Assembly: GCA_964474445.1 (NCBI GenBank)
Contig: CAYYSJ010000004.1
Span: 64,185-128,184 of the forward strand
DNA from: an uncultured Gammaproteobacteria bacterium
GTDB taxonomy: Bacteria; Patescibacteriota; Microgenomatia; Levybacterales; UBA12049
Reading direction: 5' to 3'
Length of the DNA: 64,000 nt
This document shows, piece after piece, positions 38,349-48,005 of this stretch; position 1 is the first letter of the stretch; every line of letters starts with the position of its first letter. The notes beneath the pieces are model-generated. The model was not told the origin of the DNA and did not search any database. It saw nothing but the letters and a program-made list of their open reading frames with translations. Position numbers and translations under genes: made by a program.

Positions 38349-39335
38349 ATGAGTGCAGAAAAAGAAATAAAAAGTGAAGAAATCGTGCCAATGGCAAAAC
38401 AGACGCCATTTGGTCTCTTGTCTGAGTCTGATAAGTGGTTTGAGCACACCTTTCCAAAAGGAGAAGAAAACTCCATTCACAAAAAGGCTGTTGTGATACT
38501 AGCACATCCAGATGATGCAGAAGATCTGCTTGGAGGAACAATTGTCAAATTATCAGAACAGGGATTTGATACAACACTTGTCATTGTGACAGATGGGCAA
38601 TGGGGAGTAGATCACAGAAATCCAATGAGTCCAAACGATCTTATTCGAATACGCCTTGAAGAGACACTGTTGGGTGCAAGAGGACTGGGAGTAGGGAAAG
38701 TGATAAATCTAGGAATTGAAGATAGAGAAGTGCCAGAGGATCCAAAGGCAGATAAAGTATTGTTACATAATTTGGTAGAGGTTCTGTCTCAAAATCCAGC
38801 AAGTGTCTATCTAACCCATGCAACGCCTGAAAATAATGACACGAAAGATTACCATGCAGACCACCGAAATACTGCAAAACTTGCACTCGAAGCAATTCAA
38901 CGACCCCGAAATGGCAATGGTGAGATGGCTGAACAACCGCTTCTTTTATATGCAGACACACAAGGGGCTCGAAATGCACATGGGATTACAAGACGTTTGG
39001 GAAGAGTTTTTCCAAAAGCAGCAGCAGTTGATATGCTGATTGATATAACAGAGGTTGTTTGGAGAAAAGAAAAAGCGTTCTCTTTCCACATGACACAAAT
39101 AGGGAATACTCCAAAGGATGTTGCACATGATTATGTGGTGCAGGGACGAGAGGTATCGAGATTTCGTGCACGTCAAGCACGACGAAGATTTTTGAGAAAA
39201 CCCCATTTTGCAGAAGGCCTATCTTTGCACACAGGACATGGATTTAGTACTGATATAACAAGAGTCTTTAAGAGCAAAGATGTATTTACTCCTAAGAGGA
39301 TTTTTACGAGACGACGTGCTCCTATCTTTTACTAA
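38349..39335 (+). CDS. PIG-L/LmbE family zinc deacetylase/amidase (MshB/Mca/BshB superfamily)
   Basis: LAHPDDA, TDG, R..E...GA..LG, HADH, F..H.TQ. Confidence 0.88.
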   Translation: MSAEKEIKSEEIVPMAKQTPFGLLSESDKWFEHTFPKGEENSIHKKAVVILAHPDDAEDLLGGTIVKLSEQGFDTTLVIVTDGQWGVDHRNPMSPNDLIRIRLEETLLGARGLGVGKVINLGIEDREVPEDPKADKVLLHNLVEVLSQNPASVYLTHATPENNDTKDYHADHRNTAKLALEAIQRPRNGNGEMAEQPLLLYADTQGARNAHGITRRLGRVFPKAAAVDMLIDITEVVWRKEKAFSFHMTQIGNTPKDVAHDYVVQGREVSRFRARQARRRFLRKPHFAEGLSLHTGHGFSTDITRVFKSKDVFTPKRIFTRRRAPIFY

Positions 39336-39546
39336 TGTGGTTTTCTGAAAAAAAGCTTATTCTTTATGTAAGAAAAGTAGATCAATTTAGGACTTGACTA
39401 TAACAATTCCTCTTCTTTGATTTAGCCTATTATGACAGTCTAAATGGAGATCTCTTATCTGCACGTCATTTGTTGACAGACCTTCCACAACTTTGGTAAA
39501 AGACAGACTCAGGAGTAAGAACTTGGAAAGAAATCCAAATGACTTT

Positions 39547-41094
39547 ATGAAGAAAAAAATTCTGCCCATTATGACAAAAAAGTTACTATCAATTCTTTTA
39601 TTACTACCGCTTGTTATTGGAATAGGGTTCTATGCATATAAACCAGTTGCACAAGCGCAAGATGTATCCATTTTACAAAATCCTTGGTCTTTCCAAGCAC
39701 AGAGTGGACCTATTGAACAATATCAATCTGTTAATCCGAATATCCTTTCAGGTGGATCAACAGTACAAGTGACATACAACCTTCATGGACTTTGTGCGCT
39801 ATCCGGTGATGCATCTGCGCTTATTTTTGATCAAAATGGATGGAAATATGTAGCACTTTCTCAGTACGGTCAGAATTGTAAAGATGGGCAACAGACAGTT
39901 TCTATTCCTCTCTCTGATTTTAAAGATATTAGCAATGGGCAACAACTCAACACAAATGCTCCGCTTACTGGATCATTCCATGCAAGATTTTGGTATGACA
40001 AACCATATACCGTTGATATTACAAATGTTACAATAACCACAACTGGTTCTAGTTCTGGAAGCACAACCAATCCAACCCCAACTGTAGTTGTAACACCAAC
40101 TTCTGCACCGACAAATACACCTCCTGCCGTAGTAACACCTTCAGTACCTCAACAAGGTTCAGGGTCTATGCCAAGTTCAAATGCGGGCGGTACCTTTGCA
40201 GTCCAAAGTATTGATGCGATGAAAGATACCAAAGATGCAATTTGCGGTCCTAGACCAACAGACTGGATTAATAAATGGCTTGATAAAGCAGTAGAATTAG
40301 GAGCAGGTTATGTTGCGATCTCTACTCCTTATGAAAATCCATCCTGTGGTGATGCATTGGCTTATACAAAAACATGGGTACAAGCAATCCGTGCACATGG
40401 TCTGCATGTCTGGCATAGACACATGCCTCTTTCCTTCGAAGGTATTTATAGTACACCAAAAACAACGGGGAATAATTACCTCGATCTGATCAGTAATTAT
40501 ATTAAAAATAATCCAGATATTTTCGAGAATGGCGATATCTTTACCCCAATTCCAGAGCCTCAAAACGGCGGGATTCAAAATGTTACCTATTGTGCAAATA
40601 ACGTCTGCCAGTTCCAAAGCCCTGCAGCATTTAACCAGTGGCTTCGTGATGCAATGACAACTGCAAAAAGTGCCTCTCAAGCAATTGGCAAAGATATGAA
40701 AATTGGATACTTTGGATTTGATGGATTTGTTGCTTGGGGCGATAAGAATCCTGATTGGCATGGCATTCTTGAAGATAGTACAGTAGCCCAAATGGGAAAT
40801 ATCACAATCGATCATTACCCAGAGACCGTCGGAGAGACAATGGACCAAGCACTCACCACTTTGCAAACGAAGTATCCAACTACACCAATTGTGATAGGAG
40901 AATATGGAACAGTGAATGGAACAAACGTAGATCAGGAAGTGCAAGATACTATGACTGCAGCAAAAAATCACAAAGTGGTTGGATTTAATTACTGGCAATT
41001 TGGTCCTTCGGGATCTGGTGAACAACTGATTAATAATGATTTCTCTAATAGATCTGATTTCTCAATAGTCCAATCCTTCTACAAAGCAAAATAG
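39547..41094 (+). CDS. Secreted glycoside hydrolase (clan GH-A-like TIM barrel) with N-terminal CBM-like domain and P/T/S linker
   Basis: Signal peptide, beta-rich domain, linker, IPEP (acid/base) and VIGEYG (nucleophile), GFNYW. Confidence 0.7.
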   Translation: MKKKILPIMTKKLLSILLLLPLVIGIGFYAYKPVAQAQDVSILQNPWSFQAQSGPIEQYQSVNPNILSGGSTVQVTYNLHGLCALSGDASALIFDQNGWKYVALSQYGQNCKDGQQTVSIPLSDFKDISNGQQLNTNAPLTGSFHARFWYDKPYTVDITNVTITTTGSSSGSTTNPTPTVVVTPTSAPTNTPPAVVTPSVPQQGSGSMPSSNAGGTFAVQSIDAMKDTKDAICGPRPTDWINKWLDKAVELGAGYVAISTPYENPSCGDALAYTKTWVQAIRAHGLHVWHRHMPLSFEGIYSTPKTTGNNYLDLISNYIKNNPDIFENGDIFTPIPEPQNGGIQNVTYCANNVCQFQSPAAFNQWLRDAMTTAKSASQAIGKDMKIGYFGFDGFVAWGDKNPDWHGILEDSTVAQMGNITIDHYPETVGETMDQALTTLQTKYPTTPIVIGEYGTVNGTNVDQEVQDTMTAAKNHKVVGFNYWQFGPSGSGEQLINNDFSNRSDFSIVQSFYKAK

Positions 41095-41186
41095 CTCTCT
41101 CTTAAAGCTAGTCTAAGTTCCTTCACATACAGAATATATAGTAGTATTTGTGACAAAGCTACCATAAGAGTGTTACTGTTTAACGG

Positions 41187-41360
41187 TTAGGTAGCAAGCA
41201 GCGGTGGCGTAGTAATTAGATGAACTACTTCGCCACCGTCAGACCATCCTGTCCCAACAATACGATTTTGTTGGAAATTTGCGGGAGGAGAGGCAAATGA
41301 GGAATTGGTTGCTAATAACACAAAAAAAAGACTAACGAAAAAAGCCGCTACGTTCTTCAT
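41187..41360 (-). pseudogene. 57-aa signal-peptide ORF, probable internally deleted remnant of a large secreted protein
   Basis: MKNVAAFFVSLFFVLLATNSSFA-SPPANFQQNRIVGTG-WSDGGEVVHLITTP. Confidence 0.45.
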
Positions 41361-41452
41361 AGAAAATTGGGCAGCTCTTCTATTTCAGGATAAAAAGAGC
41401 AAACAAGAAAGCAATTATAGGTAGGTAAGAAGAGGGTAAGTGGCCAAAGCAG

Positions 41453-41929
41453 TTATCGACTAAGAAAAGTTATCTGATATATGCCATTTTGTTTTACTGC
41501 TTTTACCTGCATCTGTTTTCCTGTTACCCATCCAGTTGGTTGTAGTACACCACTCCCTAAGAGCCAAAAGGTATTTGCTTGTGCTGAAATTGGTTTAACA
41601 GATAGTGTAATTTGGAACGTTAACTCTCCATTCCTTTCTACAAGATGTTGTGGAAGATAGATAGTATATGCTTGCAGACGTTGAGAAGGAGGAGTTGATG
41701 GATCAATATATTTTGCTACATAGTCTCGGACGAGAGTTTTTGCAAGAGATGTTATTTTTTCTGTATAAGTAACCGTTGTTGGAAGTTCAAGTTGTGCTGT
41801 TGTTGCTACCTTTTGATATTGCACGCCTGCATAAAAACTTGCCAGTGGAATGATAAAAACGAGAAGAATGACAGCAAGAATTTTTGAAAAAAGTGTTACT
41901 GTTGTAAGAGATTTGGGGAGTCTTGTCAT
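41453..41929 (-). CDS. Membrane-anchored hypothetical protein
   Basis: Start MTRLPKSLTTVT..SK plus TM; TTTACT-17-CATACT, 6 nt, ATG. Confidence 0.75.
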   Translation of the reverse strand: MTRLPKSLTTVTLFSKILAVILLVFIIPLASFYAGVQYQKVATTAQLELPTTVTYTEKITSLAKTLVRDYVAKYIDPSTPPSQRLQAYTIYLPQHLVERNGELTFQITLSVKPISAQANTFWLLGSGVLQPTGWVTGKQMQVKAVKQNGIYQITFLSR

Positions 41930-42086
41930 ACAGACAGTATGACAAATTTTTTGGAGAGAGTAAACAACACACAGCCTGGCATGATAAGTATCCTCTCGAT
42001 TTTTCATGGTGTCGTGATAAGGTTGCCGAAACTCTCCGCATGATGCTTATTGCTACCAAGCTACAGAGCGAGTATAGTAGTGGCAA

Positions 42087-43538
42087 ATGAGTGCTGAGAT
42101 TCCCCAAAGAGAACACCATGATCCACGAAAAGAAAGTGACCGGCTATTGGAAAAATGTGCAGTTTTTGGTGTCTATACGCCGACACGACAAGCATCACCA
42201 CTTGTTCATATGGGACTTGCTGCATTGCAACATAGGGGCCAAGATGCATCAGGAATAACAGCAAGTGATGGAATAAGTGTTGTTAGTCGGAAAGCAGCAG
42301 GACTTGTTTCCACGGTGTTCTCTCAGGAAGAAGATATACAAAGTCTACCTGGTCATGTTGCCATAGGACATAATAGATATGCCACACAGGGAGGCTTAGA
42401 TGGGCATACTCAACCTGTTACTACAGAAAGACAGCTTGTATCTCTTGCACATAATGGCAATCTTCCTGAAACAAAAAAGCTAGAAGCATTTTTACACGAA
42501 AGACATATTGATACAAAAAACTTGAATGATTCAGAAATGATGCAACGAGTACTTGAATGGGATGTTGCTCAAGGAATGTCAATTGAGGATGCTGTAAAAG
42601 ATGTTTATCCTCTTTTTACTGGTGCATTTTCTCTTGTTGTGATGACGAAGGATGCATTAATTGGTGTGAGAGATAGTCATGGGATAAGGCCATTGAGTAT
42701 TGGCACAATGGGAGATGGGGAATATGCACTATCATCTGAAACATTTGGGCTTGAGCGAGTACATGCTACCTACCTGCGTGATGTAAAACCTGGTGAAATG
42801 GTTGTTATTGATAAAGAAGGGTTACGTACGTACCAAATTGAGGAGGGTGAGGAAAAACTAGATATTTTTGAAGTAGTGTATTTTGCAAGACCGGAAAGTA
42901 TTTTATATGGCAAAAGAGTGAATGATATGCGGGAAGCGATGGGAAGAAAGCTTGCTGAAGAAACACGATACTTGTGGGATCAGGCTGATATGGTGTTTGG
43001 TGTTCCCAACAGTTCAGTTCCTGCTGCAGCGGGCTATGCACATGCATCAGGGATACCCTATGTCCCGAACGCTTTGATAAAAGACGCATATGCTCATCGA
43101 ACATTTATTAATCCAGACCAGAAAACACGGGTAGATGGGGTGAGACGAAAATTTAGTGCGATGCCAGAAGTACTACAAGGAAAACGTATTATCGTCACAG
43201 ATGACTCGATTGTACGAGGAACGACACTCAAAGAACTTGTTGCGATGTTGAAGGATGCAGGGGCAGAGGAAGTACATATTGTTATCTCATCACCTCCAGT
43301 AAAATATCCTGATTTCTATGGCATTGCTACACCAGATCAAAAAGACCTTACTGCTGCTCAAAAAAGTGAAGAGCAAATACGAGACGATATTGGAGCAGAT
43401 AGCCTTCATTTTCTTTCAATAGATGGATTATTCGAGGCGATTGGCATTCCTAAAGAGAAATTTAATACATCGTGTTTTACTGGAGAATACCCTATAGATA
43501 TAGGGGAGCATGCAAAGAACATTGACTTCACTGTATGA
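42087..43538 (+). CDS. purF: Amidophosphoribosyltransferase
   Basis: Propeptide then CAVFG, LQHRGQD, GHNRY, AHNGN, YFARP, DDSIVRGTT. Confidence 0.95.
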   Translation: MSAEIPQREHHDPRKESDRLLEKCAVFGVYTPTRQASPLVHMGLAALQHRGQDASGITASDGISVVSRKAAGLVSTVFSQEEDIQSLPGHVAIGHNRYATQGGLDGHTQPVTTERQLVSLAHNGNLPETKKLEAFLHERHIDTKNLNDSEMMQRVLEWDVAQGMSIEDAVKDVYPLFTGAFSLVVMTKDALIGVRDSHGIRPLSIGTMGDGEYALSSETFGLERVHATYLRDVKPGEMVVIDKEGLRTYQIEEGEEKLDIFEVVYFARPESILYGKRVNDMREAMGRKLAEETRYLWDQADMVFGVPNSSVPAAAGYAHASGIPYVPNALIKDAYAHRTFINPDQKTRVDGVRRKFSAMPEVLQGKRIIVTDDSIVRGTTLKELVAMLKDAGAEEVHIVISSPPVKYPDFYGIATPDQKDLTAAQKSEEQIRDDIGADSLHFLSIDGLFEAIGIPKEKFNTSCFTGEYPIDIGEHAKNIDFTV

Positions 43539-43564
43539 TGCGCTTCGTAAACTCTTCTTAGTTG

Positions 43565-44614
43565 TTAGCCGGTAATTTTTCTGAGAAAGTGAATGTTTTG
43601 TACAACGAAGGCAAGGAAAAAAGAAATACCTGCAACGAAAGTAAAAAAGAGCGCATCAAACCACGCTTGTTGAAAGGCAGAATGTGTTGCAAAAAATATT
43701 TTTTTCCCCAGGATAGCCCATACGCTTTCCAAGACGATGACGTGGACAAAAAAAACAAAAAATGAAAGACGTGAAAGAAGTTTTATCACTCCCATGTGAA
43801 ACGTCTCTTTCTGTGAAACATAAAACAAGAGGAGGCTTATTAGTATAGTATAAAGTAGTATTGTTGGTCTCCATTGAGAGTAAAATGACAAATAATGCTT
43901 CGTTTGCAGATAGCCTGATAATCCTTCATATACGATATATCCTGCAAAAAAAAGAGCAGCAAGAGCAAGAAGATACTTCCGCTGTACAACAAATGTTGTG
44001 AGTCTTTTTTGATGATGCGATGCAACACTTCCCAAAAGAAACGGGTAGAAATTTAAGAGAGCAATAGATGCGGGATAAAAGAGTGAGGATGGATGAAAAG
44101 AATAATCATAAAAAAGAAGTACCAGTTGTATAAGACCGAGTAAAAGAAGAATAGGCAGATGAGAAATATGATGATAGTACTTGTGTAGTAAAGGGAAGAG
44201 CAAGTAGAAAATAAGGAGTGTAGGGATAAAATACAGTTGATAGGAAGCGCTTCCTGTTGCAAGAGCATAGAGGAAGTTCGATGAATGCTGTTGATACACA
44301 AAGAAAAAATAAATGCTGCTCCAGAATATGTAGGGAATAAGAACTCTACTCAGTCGTTTTTTTAGATAGGTAAAGTAGGTTGCATGGAAAGGATAGTTAA
44401 GCTCTAACACAAAGCCTGAAATCATGAAGAATAATGGGACGGCAAATCGTGCAGCTTGATTAAGAAAAAACGTAATAGGTTCATGAGCAAGATCAAATGA
44501 GGATGCTTCAAGAACTCTGCTTGTTGTGTGGATGCAGACGACTGCAAGAATGGAAATAATGCGTAAAATATCAACGCCTGGATGGTATATTTTCTGCTTC
44601 TCTACTAATTGCAT
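43565..44614 (-). CDS. Acyltransferase-3 family membrane O-acyltransferase
   Basis: DILR..SILAVV.IH, FAVPLFFMISG, KKRLSRVLIPY, YQLYFI. Confidence 0.9.
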   Translation of the reverse strand: MQLVEKQKIYHPGVDILRIISILAVVCIHTTSRVLEASSFDLAHEPITFFLNQAARFAVPLFFMISGFVLELNYPFHATYFTYLKKRLSRVLIPYIFWSSIYFFFVYQQHSSNFLYALATGSASYQLYFIPTLLIFYLLFPLLHKYYHHISHLPILLLLGLIQLVLLFYDYSFHPSSLFYPASIALLNFYPFLLGSVASHHQKRLTTFVVQRKYLLALAALFFAGYIVYEGLSGYLQTKHYLSFYSQWRPTILLYTILISLLLFYVSQKETFHMGVIKLLSRLSFFVFFVHVIVLESVWAILGKKIFFATHSAFQQAWFDALFFTFVAGISFFLAFVVQNIHFLRKITG

Positions 44615-44683
44615 GAGGGAAAGTGTAACAATTTCAAAAAAGAAAGGGAATAGTTACCATTATACTAGTATGGTATAGGTGGA

Positions 44684-44989
44684 TTAGGGTTCCCATTGGG
44701 AGTGGGTAAGATCAACACAATGTCTCTGAAACACTACTCCTTCTTCCAAAAGTTTCTTCTCTTTTGCATGTAGCCCTCCAAAAGCATATCCTGTCAGCTT
44801 GCCATTTGATGCAACAACACGGTGGCAGGGGATACTCTCAGGATGGGTATTTTTGCTCATGCACATTCCAACTGCTCGGCTTGCTTTTTTGTTTCCTGCA
44901 AGGAGTGCTATTTGCTGATACGTTGCAACTTTTCCTATAGGAATCTTTTTGACTATTGTATAGACTTGCTCAGAAAATAATGGGGACAT
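44684..44989 (-). CDS. Methylated-DNA-protein-cysteine methyltransferase (single-domain MGMT)
   Basis: IPIGKVATY, ASRAVG, IPCHRVV, LLEEG; TTGCAA-17-TATTGT, 6 nt, ATG. Confidence 0.9.
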   Translation of the reverse strand: MSPLFSEQVYTIVKKIPIGKVATYQQIALLAGNKKASRAVGMCMSKNTHPESIPCHRVVASNGKLTGYAFGGLHAKEKKLLEEGVVFQRHCVDLTHSQWEP

Positions 44990-45164
44990 AGCCTCACAAT
45001 ACACAATGTTATTTACATTTGCAAGCAAGAAATAATGAGCAATATATTTTCACTTCACAACAGTTCTATGTAGAAAACATTGCAGCTGGTATCTTTTTCA
45101 AAAGAGTATGTGTTGTAGGTATTGACAAAGATATACCAATAACATAACGTTAAAAAGAGGGGAT

Positions 45165-46349
45165 ATGGCAATACGTACTGTTTCTAAACTCAAGGTGGTA
45201 TCATCTTTGACAATAACACTGCTTTTGTTATCTCCTGTTGTTGCGACGAACGCGAAACTGTTTGCTCAACAGCCGACAGAAAATGATCAAATTCCTTCAG
45301 ATTTGTCATTAGACCTTAATTTGGCACAACAAAATCCAGCTCCTGATCGACAACAGATTGTTAAATCAGAAACAAAGCAAGTGGAAATTACAACAACCAC
45401 AGGGCAAACAATAACGGCGGTGCCACAAGATGTCATTGCCCCTCAAGTGAAAACAGAACCCAAGCATGATGCAGTGAATCCTGATCAAACAACATCAGAA
45501 CAAGTCGTTACAAAACCTGAGGAGATCAAGGTTGATGAAAGTGGGACGCCAGTTCCTACTGAAGTTCCAGCACAAACAGATCAAAATCAAGGATCAACAA
45601 ATAATGCTGATCATCAACAGACAAACCAACCAACAACCCAACAACAATCCAACCAACCAACAAATCAGCCAACAGGTGTTCAATCAGAAAACGGTACAAC
45701 AGGAGCACCAACCCAAACACAAAATCTTGTTCCAGGGACCGATGTTGCACAACCAGATGACAATGCTGCACCAACAGATAATTCTACAAATCCTAACCTT
45801 CCTGCTCCTACACAAGTAGATGAAATGCCGGTATCTCCATCTGTAACAGATCAACCTGTACCAAGCAGCAATGCCCAACCTACGGCGGGGAGCAATAATC
45901 AAAATACCAATAATACACCGTCATCTGTACCTCAGACTACCTCTGCTCCTCAAGATACCACGCAGCCTACAAGTACACCCGTACAGGATAATACTTCTCA
46001 ACCTCAAACTACACCTTCACAAGCTCCAGATAATTCAACAAATACGCAAGTGCAACCTACTTCAGCACAGCAACAACCCACTACTGCACCTGATAACTCA
46101 TCAAGTCCTCAATCTAGTTCTCAAACCACGACTCAACAATCTCAACCTTCGCAACAGTCTCAACCATCTGATAGTGGTAGCAATAATGCAAATCCAAGCT
46201 CTCCATCAGACAATTCAGGGAGTTCAGGAGGAGGGAGTACTCCTACTGATTCCTCAGTACAAGGAGCAGCTACCCAGCAAAATCCAGTTGTGTTATTCTT
46301 TCAGCATATAGAACAAAAATTTGTTAACTTACTCTTTAGCACAAAGTAA
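45165..46349 (+). CDS. Secreted intrinsically disordered Q/T/P/S/N-rich protein
   Basis: Signal peptide, low-complexity body, amphipathic C-terminal helix; TTGACA-17-TAACGT promoter. Confidence 0.8.
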   Translation: MAIRTVSKLKVVSSLTITLLLLSPVVATNAKLFAQQPTENDQIPSDLSLDLNLAQQNPAPDRQQIVKSETKQVEITTTTGQTITAVPQDVIAPQVKTEPKHDAVNPDQTTSEQVVTKPEEIKVDESGTPVPTEVPAQTDQNQGSTNNADHQQTNQPTTQQQSNQPTNQPTGVQSENGTTGAPTQTQNLVPGTDVAQPDDNAAPTDNSTNPNLPAPTQVDEMPVSPSVTDQPVPSSNAQPTAGSNNQNTNNTPSSVPQTTSAPQDTTQPTSTPVQDNTSQPQTTPSQAPDNSTNTQVQPTSAQQQPTTAPDNSSSPQSSSQTTTQQSQPSQQSQPSDSGSNNANPSSPSDNSGSSGGGSTPTDSSVQGAATQQNPVVLFFQHIEQKFVNLLFSTK

Positions 46350-46352
46350 TCT

Positions 46353-47039
46353 ATGGATACAAAGAAAGCAGAACATAAAGTACACGAACATACCAAAGAA
46401 GTGCATGCCTCTGGTGAGCATATGCATGAGGAGCATCAAGAGAAACATAAGATGCTTCAAGAATTTTTGTGGGATAAAAGATTTATTATTCTTTTTATTC
46501 TTCTTGTTTTGCTTTTGGGTGGTTTGCTTGCGTACAAACAGTTTCATCCAGGCAAGCCTCAAGTACGAACAATTACCGTTAACAAACAAGTGTTGCAAAA
46601 ACGTTCGATGGATCTTGGGATAATTCAAAGAGGATTGACGGGAAAAGCAATAGACGTTAACACTGGAAAGATTATTAAAGCAGCACGAGTATTTTCTCCA
46701 AATGATACAACAGTCTATCTTGAGCTAGACTTTTACAGTGCTCCCAAAGGAACAGTGATTGATTATATTCGCTATAAGAATGGAAGATATGTTGACCACG
46801 GAGAGGTAACGCTCATTAAGGCAAATACAAAAAATATTCTGTTTAATTGGATTATTAATAACCTCCTTTCAAATTCTCACGATGGGAATTGGCGTGTTGC
46901 GACATACACTAATGGAGTCCTTTCAAAAAGAATTTCCTATGTCGTAACAAAAAATCAAGTTTCTTATGTCTACCCAGAAACACCAGTTCGTTCTACAGAT
47001 ACAGATTATTTATTAAGCGCTGCTTTGACGCAGCACTAA
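46353..47039 (+). CDS. Membrane protein with His-rich N-terminal tail and extracytoplasmic Ig-like domain
   Basis: HKVHEH...HMHEEHQEKH, TM, beta-sandwich ending GNWRVATYTNG; paralog at 63282-63851. Confidence 0.8.
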   Translation: MDTKKAEHKVHEHTKEVHASGEHMHEEHQEKHKMLQEFLWDKRFIILFILLVLLLGGLLAYKQFHPGKPQVRTITVNKQVLQKRSMDLGIIQRGLTGKAIDVNTGKIIKAARVFSPNDTTVYLELDFYSAPKGTVIDYIRYKNGRYVDHGEVTLIKANTKNILFNWIINNLLSNSHDGNWRVATYTNGVLSKRISYVVTKNQVSYVYPETPVRSTDTDYLLSAALTQH

Positions 47040-47048
47040 CCATGATTC

Positions 47049-48005
47049 ATGCCAACAGAAACTACCATTCAAGGCTTGTCCTCATCAGAAGTGAGAGACA
47101 GCCAAAAGAAATTTGGATATAACGTTGATAAAACTCACGATTATACTACCCTAAAACTCATCTTCAATACACTTTTTTCAGTATTCAACATTGTTATGGT
47201 TGCTCTTATCATTATTCTTGTTCTTGTTGGAAAAGGATCAGAAGCAAAGTTCCTTGGAGTTGTGGCTGGTTTGAATACAGCAATAGCCTTAATACAAGAT
47301 ATACGGGCTCGCCTTATTGTGAAAAGATTGAGTAAGCTTTCTGAAAAAACAACAAAAGTTATACGAAATGGTGAGATAAAAGAAATTCCCATCCAAGAGT
47401 TGGTGATTGGTGACGTGATCCATTTAGCCTCAGGAGATAGGGTGCCGGTAGATGGGGAGGTATTCTCAACACAATATGCAGAATTTGATGAAAGTATTTT
47501 GACAGGTGAATCAAAATATATCGAAAAGAAAAAAGGAGAAGAGATTAAAGCTGGAAGCTTTTTGGCTGCAGGGAGTTGTAATTATACAATGACCAAATTC
47601 ACCAGAGATTCATACATCCAAACAATTACCAAACAGATTGCCAAAAAAGGCATTACAGAGTCTCCACTGCAATCGCAAATTAACCAAATTATTAAAGCGC
47701 TTACCTATATGACAATTTTCTTTATCGCACTGATCGTTGCAGAAGGACTTGTCCAGGAGAGTCAAAAAGAAGAGATTATCGTAAATGCAGCAACACTGGT
47801 AAGCTCTCTTGTTCCTCAAGGTTTGGTTCTTATTACAACAATTTCTTTTGCATATGGGGCAACAAAAATTGCAAAAAATCAGGCAATTGTCCAAAAGCTT
47901 TCGGCAATTGAGGCAATGGCAAATACAAAAGTTGTCTGTATGGACAAAACGGGTACACTCACTGAAAATCAGCTACAAGTAAAAGAAATAAAGGAGGTTA
48001 TATGA
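47049..48005 (+). CDS. P-type ATPase (CtpE-like), N-terminal half
   Basis: GLSSSEV, DESILTGES, LVPQGL, DKTGTLTEN; ends 10 aa after that motif. Confidence 0.9.
   Translation: MPTETTIQGLSSSEVRDSQKKFGYNVDKTHDYTTLKLIFNTLFSVFNIVMVALIIILVLVGKGSEAKFLGVVAGLNTAIALIQDIRARLIVKRLSKLSEKTTKVIRNGEIKEIPIQELVIGDVIHLASGDRVPVDGEVFSTQYAEFDESILTGESKYIEKKKGEEIKAGSFLAAGSCNYTMTKFTRDSYIQTITKQIAKKGITESPLQSQINQIIKALTYMTIFFIALIVAEGLVQESQKEEIIVNAATLVSSLVPQGLVLITTISFAYGATKIAKNQAIVQKLSAIEAMANTKVVCMDKTGTLTENQLQVKEIKEVI

Noticed and set aside
39452-39520. SAM-I riboswitch suggested by CTCTTATC
   Set aside because: The following AGAG, K-turn and closing GATRAG elements are absent.
45600-46260. Tandem repeats or a CRISPR-like array
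   Set aside because: Low-complexity coding sequence (Q/P/T/S) with no constant repeat-spacer structure.
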